Source: Nitrospirales bacterium | Lineage (GTDB): Bacteria > Nitrospirota > Nitrospiria > Nitrospirales > UBA8639 | Length of the DNA stretch: 64,000 bases | Direction: 5' to 3' | Assembly (NCBI GenBank): GCA_965203295.1 | Contig: CBDBCZ010000008.1 | Location: forward strand, 32,001 to 96,000 | Shown: piece after piece, positions 1-9,922 of the stretch | Position numbering within the stretch: position 1 is the first letter of the stretch | Layout: every line of letters starts with the position of its first letter | Position numbers and translations under genes: made by a program | Notes under the pieces: model-generated | The model's input: the letters and a program-made list of their open reading frames with translations, nothing else | The model's database searches: none | Told to the model about the DNA's origin: nothing

Positions 1-3000
1 GAGGGTAGTTGATACTAAATTCACTGGGATAGTAGATAGCATCATCTTCATCCTCAAAGAAGGAAAGATCTAGAAAAGTGACAAATTGAAGCTCTGATGT
101 GTCATTTATGATACTCTGAAACTCTCGTTCCTGTGTGATCTCAAATGACAAGCTTGTGTTCCCGATGAGGCTGCAACCGAACATGGTAGAGCCAGATCCA
201 GCTCCTGAGACGGAGGTGGGCCCACCGGGTATAGGAGTAGCAGAAATGATGCCGCTACTAGCGGCAGTTGGACTTGGTGGGGAAGACAGCAGATTGGTAG
301 TGGCACTACTAGCGGCAGTTGGAGTCAGTGAGAAAATATTATCAATGGGACTGCTAGTGGCAGTTGGATTCGGTGGGAGAGACATGAGATTAGCAGTGGC
401 ACTGCTAGCGGCAGTTGGACTCGGTGGGGAAGACAGCAGATTATCAGTGGAACTGCTAACAACAGTTTGACTTGGTGGGAAAGACAGCAGGTTAGTAGTT
501 GCACTGCTAGCGGCAGTTGGACTCGGTGGAAAAAACAGCAGATCATCAGTGGGACTGCTAGTGGCAGTTGGACTCGGTGGGAGAGACATGAGATTAGCAG
601 TGGCACTGCTAGTTGTAATTGGACTCGGAGAAAAAGACATCAGATTAGTAGTGGCACTACGAGCGGCAGTTGGACTCAGTGAGAAAAGATTATTAGTGGC
701 ACTGCTAGCGGCAGTTGGACTCGGTGGGAAAAACAGCAGATTATCAGTGGCACTGCTAGTTGTAATTGGACTCGGAGGAAAAGATAGCAGATTAGTAGTG
801 GCACTACTAGCGGCAGTTGGAGTCAGTGAGAGAAGATTATCAATGGGACTGCTAATGGCAGTTGGACTCGGTGGGAGAGACATGAGATTAGCAGTGGCAC
901 TGCTAGCAGCAGTTGGTCTCGGTAAGAAAAGATTATCAGTGGCACTGCTAGCGGCAGTTAGACTTAGTAGAGAAGACAGCAGATTAGTAGTGGCAGCTGG
1001 GCTCGGTGCGAAAGACAGCAGATTATCAGTGGCACTGCTAGTTGTAATTGGACTCGAAGGAAAAGACAGCAGACTAGTAGTGGCACTACTAGGGGCAGTT
1101 GGACTCAGTGAGAAAAGATTATCAGTGGCACTGCTAGCGGCAGTTGGACTCGGTGGGAAAAACAGCAGATTATCAGTGGCACTGCTAGTTGTAATTGGAC
1201 TCGGAGGAAAAGATAGCAGATTAGTAGTGGCACTACTAGCGGCAGTTGGAGTCAGTGAGAGAAGATTATCAATGGGACTGCTAGTGGCAGTTGGACTCGG
1301 TGGAAGAGACATGAGATTAGCAGTGGCACTGCTAGCGACAGTTGGACTCGGTGGAAAAAACAGCAGATCATCAGTGGCACTGCTAGCGGCAGTTGGACTC
1401 GGTGGGAGAGACATGAGATTAGCAGTGGCACTGCTAGCGGCAGTTGGACTCGATGGGGAAGACAGCAGATTATCAGTGGAACTGCTAACAACAGTTTGAC
1501 TTGGTGGGAAAGACAGCAGGTTAGTAGTTGCACTGCTAGCAGCAGTTGGACTCGGTGGAAAAAACAGCAGATCATCAGTGGCACTGCTAGCGGCAGTTGG
1601 ACTCGGTGGGAGAGACATGAGATTAGCAGTGGCACTGCTAGTTGTAATTGGACTCGGAGAAAAAGACATCAGATTAGTAGTGGCACTACGAGCGGCAGTT
1701 GGACTCAGTGAGAAAAGATTATTAGTGGCACTGCTAGCGGCAGTTGGACTCGGTGGGAAAAACAGCAGATTATCAGTGGCACTGCTAGTTGTAATTGGAC
1801 TCGGAGGAAAAGATAGCAGATTAGTAGTGGCACTACTAGCGGCAGTTGGAGTCAGTGAGAGAAGATTATCAATGGGACTGCTAGTGGCAGTTGGACTCGG
1901 TGGGAGAGACATGAGATTAGCAGTGGCACTGCTAGCAGCAGTTGGTCTCGGTAAGAAAAGATTATCAGTGGCACTGCTAGCGGCAGTTAGACTTAGTAGA
2001 GAAGACAGCAGATTAGTAGTGGCAGCTGGGCTCGGTGCGAAAGACAGCAGATTATCAGTGGCACTGCTAGTTGTAATTGGACTCGAAGGAAAAGACAGCA
2101 GACTAGTAGTGGCACTACGAGCGGCAGTTGGACTCAGTGAGAAAAGATTATCAGTGGCACTGCTAGCGGCAGTTGGACTCGGTGGGAAAAACAGCAGATT
2201 ATCAGTGGCACTGCTAGTTGTAATTGGACTCGGAGGAAAAGATAGCAGATTAGTAGTGGCACTACTAGCGGCAGTTGGAGTCAGTGAGAGAAGATTATCA
2301 ATGGGACTGCTAGTGGCAGTTGGACTCGGTGGAAGAGACATGAGATTAGCAGTGGCACTGCTAGCGGCAGTTTGACTTGGTGAGGAAGACAGCAGGTTAG
2401 AAGTGGCACTGCTAGCGGCAGTTGGACTCGGTGGAAAAAACAGCAGATCATCAGTGGCACTGCTAGCGGCAGTTGGACTCGGTGGGAGAGATATGAGATT
2501 AGCAGTGGCACTGCTAGCGGCAGTTGGACTCGGGGAGAAAAGATTATCAGTGGCACTGCTAGCGGCAGTTGGACTTAATAGAGAAGACAGCAGATTAGTA
2601 GTGGCAGCTAGGCTCGGTGGGAAAGACAGCAGATTATCAGTGGCACTGCTAGTTGTGATTTGACTCGTAGAAAAAGACAGCAGATTAGTAGTGGCACTAC
2701 TAGCGGCAGTTGGAGTCAGTGAGAGAAGATCATCAATGGGACTACTAGTGGCAGTTGGACTCGGTGGGAGAGACATGAGATTAGCAGTGGCACTGCTAGC
2801 GGCAGTTGGACTCGGTGGGGAAGACAGCAGATTATCAGTGGAACTGCTAACAACAGTTTGACTTGGTGGGAAAGACAGCAGGTTAGTAGTTGCACTGCTA
2901 GCGGCAATTGGACTCGGTGGAAAAAACAGCAGATCATCAGTGGGACTGCTAGTGGCAGTTGGACTCAGTGGGAGAGACATGAGATTAGCAGTGGCACTGC

Positions 3001-6000
3001 TAGTTGTAATTGGACTCGGAGAAAAAGACATCAGATTAGTAGTGGCACTAGTAGTCGGTGGGGAAGACAGCAGATTGGCAGTGGCACTGCTAACAACAGT
3101 TTGACTTGGTGAGGAAGACAGCAGGTTAGAAGTGGCACTGCTAACGGTAGTTGGACTCGGTGGAAAAAACAGCAGATCATCAGTGGCACTGCTAGCGGCA
3201 GTTGGACTCGGTGGGAGAGACATGAGATTAGCAGTGGCACTGCTAGCGGCAATTGGACTCGGGGAGAAAAGATTATCAGTGGCACTGCTAGCGGCAGTTG
3301 GACTTAGTAGAGAAGACAGAAGATTAGTAGTGGCAGCTGGGCTCGGTGGGAAAGACAGCAGATTATCAGTGGCACTGCTAGTTGTAATTGGACTCGAAGG
3401 AAAAGACAGCAGACTAGTAGTGGCACTACTAGGGGCAGTTGAACTCAGTGAGAAAAGATTATCAGTGGCACTGCTAGCGGCAGTTGGACTCAGTGGGAAA
3501 AACAGCAGATTATCAGTGGCACTGCTAGTTGTAATTGGACTCGGAGGAAAAGATAGCAGATTAGTAGTGGCACTACTAGCGGCAGTTGGAGTCAGTGAGA
3601 GAAGATTATCAATGGGACTGCTAGTGGCAGTTGATCTCGGTGGGAGAGACATGAGATTAGCAGTGGCACTGCTAGCGGCAGTTGGACTCAGTGGGGAAGG
3701 CAGCAGATTATCATCGGAACTACTAACAACAGTTTGACTTGGTGAGGAAGACAGCAGGTTAGAAGTGGCACTGCTAGCGGCAGTTGGACTCATGGAGAAA
3801 AGATTATCAGTGGCACTGCTAGCGGCAGTTGGACTTAGTAGAGAAGACAGCAGATTAGTAGTGGCAGCTAGGCTCGGTGGGAAAGACAGCAGATTATCAG
3901 TGGCACTGCTAGTTGTAATTGGACTCGAAGAAAAAGACAGCAGATTAGTAGTGGCACTACTAGCGGCAGTTGGAGTCAGTGAGAGAAGATTATCAATGGG
4001 ACTGCTAGTGGCAGTTGGACTCGGTGGGAGAGACATGAGATTAGCAGTGGCACTGTTAGTGGGAGTTGGACTCGGTGGGGAAGACAGCAGATTATCAGTG
4101 GAACTGCTAACAACAGTTTGACTTGGTGGGAAAGACAGCAGGTTAGTAGTTGCACTGCTAGCGGCAATTGGACTCGGTGGAAAAAACAGCAGATCATCAG
4201 TGGGACTGCTAGTGGCAGTTGGACTCGGTGGGAAAGACATGAGATTAGCAGTGGCACTGCTAGCGGCAGTTGGACTCATGGAGAAAAGATTATCAGTGGC
4301 ACTGCTAGCGGCAGTTGGACTTAGTAGAGAAGACAGCAGATTAGTAGTGGCAGCTAGGCTCGGTGGGAAAGACAGCAGATTATCAGTGGCACTGCTAGTT
4401 GTAATTGGACTCGAAGAAAAAGACAGCAGATTAGTAGTGGCACTACTAGCGGCAGTTGGAGTCAGTGAGAGAAGATTATCAATGGGACTGCTAGTGGCAG
4501 TTGGACTCGGTGGGAGAGACATGAGATTAGCAGTGGCACTGTTAGTGGGAGTTGGACTCGGTGGGGAAGACAGCAGATTATCAGTGGAACTGTTAACAAC
4601 AGTTTGACTTGGTGGGAAAGACAGCAGGTTAGTAGTTGCACTGCTAGCGGCAATTGGACTCGGTGGAAAAAACAGCAGATCATCAGTGGGACTGCTAGTG
4701 GCAGTTGGACTCGGTGGGAAAGACATGAGATTAGCAGTGGCACTGCTAGTTGTAATTGGACTCGGAGAAAAAGACATTAGATTAGTAGTGGCACTAGTAG
4801 TCGGTGGGGAAGACAGCAGATTGGCAGTGGCACTGCTAACAACAGTTTGACTTGGTGAGGAAGACAGCAGGTTAGAAGTGGCACTGCTAACGGTAGTTGG
4901 ACTCGGTGGAAAAAACAGCAGATCATCAGTGGCACTGCTAGCGGCAGTTGGACTCGATGGGAACAGCAGATTATCAGTGGCACTGCTAGCGGCAGTTGGA
5001 CTTAGTAGAGAAGACAGCAGATTGGAAGTTGAACTTGGTGGGAAAGACAGCAGATTATCAGTGGCACTGCTAGCGGCAGTTGGACTCAGTGAGAAAAGAT
5101 TATCAGTGGCACTGCTAGCGGCAGTTGGACTCGGTGAGAAAAACAGCAGATTATCAGTGGCACTGCTAACGGCAGTTGGACTTTGTGGAGAAGACAGTAG
5201 ATTATCAGTGGCACTGCTAGTGGAAGTTGGACTCGGTGGGAAAGACAGCAGATTGTCAGTGGCACTGCTAGCGGCAGTTGGACTTAGTAGAGAAGACAGC
5301 AGATTGGAAGTTGAACTTGGTGGGAAAGACAGCAGATTATCAGTGGCACTGCTAGCGGAAGTTGGACTCAGTGAGAAAAGATTATCAGTGGCACTGCTAG
5401 CGGCAGTTGGACTCAGTGAGAAAAGATTATCAGTGGCACTGCTAGCGGCAGTTGGACTCGGTGGGAACAGCAGATTATCAGTGGCACTGCTAGCGGCAGT
5501 TGGACTTAGTAGAGAAGACAGCAGATTGGAAGTTGAACTTGGTGGGAAAGACAGCAGATTATCAGTGGCACTGCTAGCGGCAGTTGGACTCAGTGAGAAA
5601 AGATTATCAGTGGCACTGCTAGCGGCAATTGGACTCGGTGGGAAAGACAGCAGATTATCAGTGGCACTGCTAGCGGCAGTTGGACTTAGTAGAGAAGACA
5701 GTAGATTGGAAGTTGAACTTGGTGGGAAAGACAGCAGATTATCAGTGGCACTGCTAGCGGCAGTTGGACTCAGTGAGAAAAGATTATCAGTGGCACTGCT
5801 AGCGGCAGTTGGACTCGGTGGGAAAAACAGCAGATTATCAGTGGCACTGCTAACGGCAGTTGGACTTTGTGGAGAAGACAGTAGATTATCAGTGGCACTG
5901 CTAGTGGAAGTTGGACTCGGTGGGAAAGACAGCAGATTGTCAGTGGCACTGCTAGCGGCAGTTGGACTTAGTAGAGAAGACAGCAGATTGGAAGTTGAAC

Positions 6001-8836
6001 TTGGTGGGAAAGACAGCAGATTATCAGTGGCACTGCTAGCGGAAGTTGGACTCAGTGAGAAAAGATTATCAGTGGCACTGCTAGCGGCAGTTGGACTCAG
6101 TGAGAAAAGATTATCAGTGGCACTGCTAGCGGCAGTTGGACTCGGTGGGAACAGCAGATTATCAGTGGCACTGCTAGCGGCAGTTGGACTTAGTAGAGAA
6201 GACAGCAGATTGGAAGTTGAACTTGGTGGGAAAGACAGCAGATTATCAGTGGCACTGCTAGCGGCAGTTGGACTCAGTGAGAAAAGATTATCAGTGGCAC
6301 TGCTAGCGGCAATTGGACTCGGTGGGAAAGACAGCAGATTATCAGTGGCACTGCTAGCGGCAGTTGGACTCAGTGAGTAAAGATTATCAGTGGCACTGCT
6401 AGCGGCAGTTGGACTCGATGGGAACAGCAGATTGTCAGTGGCACTGCTAGCGGCAGTTGGACTTAGTAGAGAAGACAGCAGATTGGAAGTTGAACTTGGT
6501 GGGAAAGACAGCAGATTATCAGTGGCACTGCTAGCGGCAGTTGGACTCAGTGAAAAAAGATTATCAGTGGCACTGCTAGCGGCAGTTGGACTCGGTGGGA
6601 ACAGCAGATTATCAGTGGCACTGCTAGCGGCAGTTGGAGTCAGTGAGAAAAGGTTATCAGTGGCACTGCTGGCGGCAGTTGGACTCGGTAGGAACAGCAG
6701 ATTATCAGTGGCACTGCTAGTGGCATTTGGACTTTGTGGAGAAGACAGTAGATTAGCAGTGGCAGTTAGACTTGGTGGGGAAGACGGCAGATTATCAGTG
6801 GCACTGCTAGCGGTAGTTGAACTCAGTGAGAAAAACAGCAGATTATCAGTGGCACTGCTAACGGCAGTCGGACTTTGTGGAGAAGACAGTAGATTATCAG
6901 TGGCACTGCTAGTGGAAGTTGGACTCGGTGGGAAAGACAGCAGATTGTCAGTGGCACTGCTAGCGGCAGTTGGACTTAGTAGAGAAGACAGCAGATTGGA
7001 AGTTGAACTTGGTGGGAAAGACAGCAGATTATCAGTGGCACTGCTAGCGGCAGTTAGACTCAGTGAGAAAAGATTATCAGTGGCACTGCTAGCGGCAGTT
7101 GGACTCAGTGAGAAAAGATTATCAGTGGCACTGCTAGCGGCAGTTGGACTTAGTAGAGAAGACAGCAGATTGGAAGTTGAACTTGGTGGGAAAGACAGCA
7201 GATTATCAGTGGCACTGCTAGCGGCAGTTGGACTCAGTGAGAAAAGATTATCAGTGGCACTGCTAGCGGCAGTTGGACTCGGTGGGAAAGACAGCAGATT
7301 ATCAGTGGCACTGCTAGCGGCAGTTGGACTCGGTGGGAACAGCAGATTGTCAGTGGCACTGCTAGCGGCAGTTGGACTTAGTAGAGAAGACAGCAGATTG
7401 GAAGTTGAACTTGGTGGGAAAGACAGCAGATTATCAGTGGCACTGCTAGCGGCAGTTGGACTCAGTGAAAAAAGATTATCAGTGGCACTGCTAGCGGCAG
7501 TTGGACTCGGTGGGAACAGCAGATTATCAGTGGCACTGCTAGCGGTAGTTGGAGTCAGTGAGAAAAGGTTATCAGTGGCACTGCTAGCGGCAGTTGGACT
7601 CGGTGGGAACAGCAGATTATCAGTGGCACTGCTAGTGGCATTTGGACTTTGTGGAGAAGACAGTAGATTAGCAGTGGCTGTTAGACTTGGTGGGGAAGAC
7701 GGCAGATTATCAGTGGCACTGCTAGCGGTAGTTGGACTCAGTGAGAAAAACAGCAGATTATCAGTGGCACTGCTAACGGCAGTCGGACTTTGTGGAGAAG
7801 ACAGCAGATTATCAGTGGCACTGCTAGTGGAAGTTGGACTCGGTGGGAAAGACAGCAGATTGTCAGTGGCATTGCTAGCGGCAGTTGGACTTAGTAGAGA
7901 AGACAGCAGATTGGAAGTTGAACTTGGTGGGAAAGACAGCAGATTATCAGTGGCACTGCTAGCGGCAGTTGGACTCGGTGGGAACTGCAGATTATCAGTG
8001 GCACTGCTAGCGGCAGTTGGACTTTGTGGAGAAGACAGTAGATTATCAGTGGCACTGCTAGTGGAAGTTGGACTCGGTGGGAAAGACAGCAGATTGTCAG
8101 TGGCACTGCTAGCGGCAGTTGGACTCAGTGGAAGAAGCAGCAGATTATCAGTGGCACTGCTAGCGGCAGTTGGACTCAGTGGAAGAAGCAGCAGATTATC
8201 AGTGGCACTGCTAGTGGAAGTTGGACTCGGTGGGAAAGACAGCAGATTGTCAGTGGCACTGCTAGCGGCAGTTGGACTTAGTAGAGAAGACAGCAGATTG
8301 GAAGTTGAACTCGGTGGGAAAGACAGCAGATTATCAGTGGCACTGCTAGCGGCAGTTGGACTCGTTGGGAACAGCAGATTATCAGTGGCACTGCTAGCGG
8401 CAGTTGGACTTGGTGGGAACAGCAGATTATCAGTGGCACTGCTAGCGGCAGTTGGACTCGGTGGGAACAGCAGATTAGCAGTGGCACTGCTAGCGGCAGT
8501 TGGACTTTGTGGAGAAGACAATAGATTATCAGTGGCACTGCTAGTGGAAGTTGGACTCGGTGGGAAAGACAGCAGATTGTCAGTGGCACTGCTAGCGGCA
8601 GTTGGACTCAGTGGAAGAAGCAGCAGATTATCAGTGGCACTGCTAGCGGCAGTTGGACTCAGTGGAAGAAGCAGCAGATTATCAGTTGAACTTGGTGGGA
8701 AATAAAGCAGATTATCAGTGGCACTGCTAGTGGCAGTTGGACTCAGTGAGGAAGAGGAGACTTGCCCAAGAGCAGATTGGAGGCTTATGAAAACCAGCAG
8801 TAAATAACTTCCTTGTGTTTGCCACCGCATCTTCAT
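1..8836 (-). CDS. Giant secreted or cell-surface mucin-like protein, 5' part (>=2,945 codons, continues beyond the left edge)
   Basis: ATG at 8836 reads MKMRWQTQGSYLLLVFISLQSALG|QVSSSSLSPTATSSATDNLL..., a signal-peptide-like start. Repeats of DNLLSFPPSPTAASSAT and variants follow, then unique sequence ...PTSVSGAGSGSTMFGCSLIGNTSLSFEITQEREFQSIINDTSELQFVTFLDLSFFEDEDDAIYYPSEFSINYP at the edge. Both ends translate in the same frame, and all long antisense ORFs (135, 549, 1578, 2403, 3132, 3765, 4200, 4878, 6390) share one frame, so there is no net frameshift. The track reports no ORF in this frame, consistent with no stop codon in the window. Confidence 0.85.
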   Translation of the reverse strand, partial: MKMRWQTQGSYLLLVFISLQSALGQVSSSSLSPTATSSATDNLLYFPPSSTDNLLLLPLSPTAASSATDNLLLLPLSPTAASSATDNLLSFPPSPTSTSSATDNLLSSPQSPTAASSATANLLFPPSPTAASSATDNLLFPPSPTAASSATDNLLFPTSPTAASSATDNLLSFPPSSTSNLLSSLLSPTAASSATDNLLSFPPSPTSTSSATDNLLLLPLSPTAASSATDNLLLLPLSPTAASSATDNLLSFPPSPTSTSSATDNLLSSPQSPTAASSATDNLQFPPSPTAASSATDNLLSFPPSSTSNLLSSLLSPTAASNATDNLLSFPPSPTSTSSATDNLLSSPQSPTAVSSATDNLLFFSLSPTTASSATDNLPSSPPSLTATANLLSSPQSPNATSSATDNLLFPPSPTAASSATDNLFSLTPTTASSATDNLLFPPSPTAASSATDNLFSLSPTAASSATDNLLSFPPSSTSNLLSSLLSPTAASSATDNLLFPPSPTAASSATDNLLSFPPSPTAASSATDNLFSLSPTAASSATDNLLSFPPSSTSNLLSSLLSPTAASSATDNLFSLSPTAASSATDNLFSLSLTAASSATDNLLSFPPSSTSNLLSSLLSPTAASSATDNLLSFPPSPTSTSSATDNLLSSPQSPTAVSSATDNLLFFSLSSTTASSATDNLPSSPPSLTATANLLSSPQSPNATSSATDNLLFLPSPTAASSATDNLFSLTPTAASSATDNLLFPPSPTAASSATDNLFSLSPTAASSATDNLLSFPPSSTSNLLSSLLSPTAASSATDNLLFPSSPTAASSATDNLYSLSPTAASSATDNLLSFPPSPIAASSATDNLFSLSPTAASSATDNLLSFPPSSTSNLLSSLLSPTAASSATDNLLFPPSPTAASSATDNLFSLSPTAASSATDNLFSLSPTSASSATDNLLSFPPSSTSNLLSSLLSPTAASSATDNLLSFPPSPTSTSSATDNLLSSPQSPTAVSSATDNLLFFPPSPTAASSATDNLFSLSPTAASSATDNLLSFPPSSTSNLLSSLLSPTAASSATDNLLSFPPSPIAASSATDNLFSLSPTAASSATDNLLSFPPSSTSNLLSSLLSPTAASSATDNLLFPPSPTAASSATDNLFSLSPTAASSATDNLFSLSPTSASSATDNLLSFPPSSTSNLLSSLLSPTAASSATDNLLSFPPSPTSTSSATDNLLSSPQSPTAVSSATDNLLFFSPSPTAASSATDNLFSLSPTAASSATDNLLSFPPSSTSNLLSSLLSPTAASSATDNLLFPSSPTAASSATDDLLFFPPSPTTVSSATSNLLSSSPSQTVVSSATANLLSSPPTTSATTNLMSFSPSPITTSSATANLMSFPPSPTATSSPTDDLLFFPPSPIAASSATTNLLSFPPSQTVVNSSTDNLLSSPPSPTPTNSATANLMSLPPSPTATSSPIDNLLSLTPTAASSATTNLLSFSSSPITTSSATDNLLSFPPSLAATTNLLSSLLSPTAASSATDNLFSMSPTAASSATANLMSFPPSPTATSSPTDDLLFFPPSPIAASSATTNLLSFPPSQTVVSSSTDNLLSSPPSPTPTNSATANLMSLPPSPTATSSPIDNLLSLTPTAASSATTNLLSFSSSPITTSSATDNLLSFPPSLAATTNLLSSLLSPTAASSATDNLFSMSPTAASSATSNLLSSSPSQTVVSSSDDNLLPSPLSPTAASSATANLMSLPPRSTATSSPIDNLLSLTPTAASSATTNLLSFPPSPITTSSATDNLLFFPLSPTAASSATDNLFSLSSTAPSSATTSLLSFPSSPITTSSATDNLLSFPPSPAATTNLLSSLLSPTAASSATDNLFSPSPIAASSATANLMSLPPSPTAASSATDDLLFFPPSPTTVSSATSNLLSSSPSQTVVSSATANLLSSPPTTSATTNLMSFSPSPITTSSATANLMSLPLSPTATSSPTDDLLFFPPSPIAASSATTNLLSFPPSQTVVSSSTDNLLSSPPSPTAASSATANLMSLPPSPTATSSPIDDLLSLTPTAASSATTNLLSFSTSQITTSSATDNLLSFPPSLAATTNLLSSLLSPTAASSATDNLFSPSPTAASSATANLISLPPSPTAASSATDDLLFFPPSPTAASSATSNLLSSSPSQTAASSATANLMSLPPSPTATSSPIDNLLSLTPTAASSATTNLLSFPPSPITTSSATDNLLFFPPSPTAASSATDNLFSLSPTAARSATTSLLSFPSSPITTSSATDNLLSFAPSPAATTNLLSSLLSLTAASSATDNLFLPRPTAASSATANLMSLPPSPTATSSPIDNLLSLTPTAASSATTNLLSFPPSPITTSSATDNLLFFPPSPTAASSATNNLFSLSPTAARSATTNLMSFSPSPITTSSATANLMSLPPSPTAASSATDDLLFFPPSPTAASSATTNLLSFPPSQTVVSSSTDNLLSSPSSPTAASSATANLMSLPPSPTAASSATDDLLFFPPSPTVASSATANLMSLPPSPTATSSPIDNLLSLTPTAASSATTNLLSFPPSPITTSSATDNLLFFPPSPTAASSATDNLFSLSPTAPSSATTSLLSFPSSPITTSSATDNLLSFAPSPAATTNLLSSLLSLTAASSATDNLFLPRPTAASSATANLMSLPPSPTAISSPIDNLLSLTPTAASSATTNLLSFPPSPITTSSATDNLLFFPPSPTAASSATNNLFSLSPTAARSATTNLMSFSPSPITTSSATANLMSLPPSPTATSSPTDDLLFFPPSPTAASSATTNLLSFPPSQTVVSSSTDNLLSSPPSPTAASSATANLMSLPPNPTATSSPIDNIFSLTPTAASSATTNLLSSPPSPTAASSGIISATPIPGGPTSVSGAGSGSTMFGCSLIGNTSLSFEITQEREFQSIINDTSELQFVTFLDLSFFEDEDDAIYYPSEFSINYP
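250..8750 (-). repeat. Coding minisatellite of mostly 45-51 bp units (roughly 170 copies) with higher-order duplications
   Basis: Core on the + strand is agattatcagtggcactgctagcggcagttggactc. Higher-order offsets seen: 1029 bp (467/1496), 486 bp (3976/4462), 684 bp (5181/5865) and 915 bp (6721/7636), all multiples of 3. Confidence 0.95.
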
Positions 8837-9869
8837 TTTTTTTTTACTCTCCTGGACTGTGGATTGTCAGGGGTTGCAGAGGGATAGGAAACTTTCGACC
8901 AGTCTGTATCTTCCGACTGGACACGATCGCGAACTTATTACTTGCCCAATGTTCGCTGTCTAGCCATTAAGCTATCTTTAACAGTTCTTTTGTGCCCAAA
9001 CGTATGCTTTTGCTCACGGCGAGCTACGCCCCCCCTCCAACAATGAATCTGTATTTTGCGTACCCTTTAAGTTTACTCCACTGATTCTGGTCCGGAGTAG
9101 ATTGCAGAGCCGATCACGGGGTTTTCAATAGAGGCGATCTTGTCCGTACTCTATATCTATGCTGAAACACAGTAGCTAGTTCAACTGTCACTGCCACAGC
9201 TTAGTCTTAGTTTATTATTTATCATGCTGACATGCAGGGGACGGTACGGTGCACAAAAGTAGGTGGGGCACCTTAGGTGATTACGCAATCCACGCTTGGG
9301 GGCGCGCGCGCCTATTTGGGTTATAGGGATCGAACTGTTTTCTTCTACAACCAGTTTTGGAGGTTTTCAAGGTTTTACATTTCACTAGTTAGCTATAGTC
9401 AATGAAAATTAAAGTTCATGGCCAGTGTAGAAGGGTTTTGCTAGTAATTTAAGCAAGAACTTCAATGGGGCAGGGGGTTTAGAATATTTTTAGTAGTTGT
9501 TAAGAGGTTTTTGAGGTTTTCAAATGCTTTAGTAGGTGTCAACAAGATTTTTGGGTTTTAGATTTTCAGTACGTAGTTTTTTAGAGTTTTTTGAATGGTT
9601 TTTACCATATGTACATGTAGTTGACAAAAGGTTTACAAGGTTTTTAGCGTTTAGAAGGTTTTCAGTAGCTAGCTACATGTCGTTGTCGAGAAGGTTTAGA
9701 GGCCTGTTTTAAAATAGTTAGAGGCTTTTGAGGTTTTCGAATGCAAACGTAATCAACAGTCTATAATATCAATGTCAAAAGTACGTATACATGACATTGT
9801 GCAATCATAAAACAGCGCAATGCTCATGAAATTTATCTCATGACACGTTTCTTCAGGAGATAATATCTC

Positions 9870-9922
9870 AGCAGTAGAATTCCAGCTGATATATATTATA
9901 TATCAGCTGGAATTCTACTGCT
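9870..9922. repeat. Perfect palindrome with 26-bp arms and a 1-nt loop, inside a degenerate foldback region (~9340-10200)
   Basis: agcagtagaattccagctgatatata-t-tatatatcagctggaattctactgct. The left flank is rich in GGTTTT and the right flank in AAAACC; gttttggaggttttca at ~9354 is the reverse complement of tgaaaacctccaaaac at ~10057. Confidence 0.85.

Noticed and set aside
135..8705. Long plus-strand ORFs (up to 771 aa) of SVALLAAVGLGGKDSRL repeats resembling membrane proteins
   Set aside because: They are the antisense shadow of the minus-strand mucin-like ORF. They are broken by repeated stops and lack a credible start, while the minus frame has a signal peptide and appears uninterrupted.
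250..8750. CRISPR-like appearance (constant core with variable spacers), or an antifreeze glycoprotein (TAA motif)
   Set aside because: The variable parts are short related variants that keep frame, the context is eukaryotic and there are no cas genes. TAA occurs once per unit, not as contiguous tripeptide repeats.
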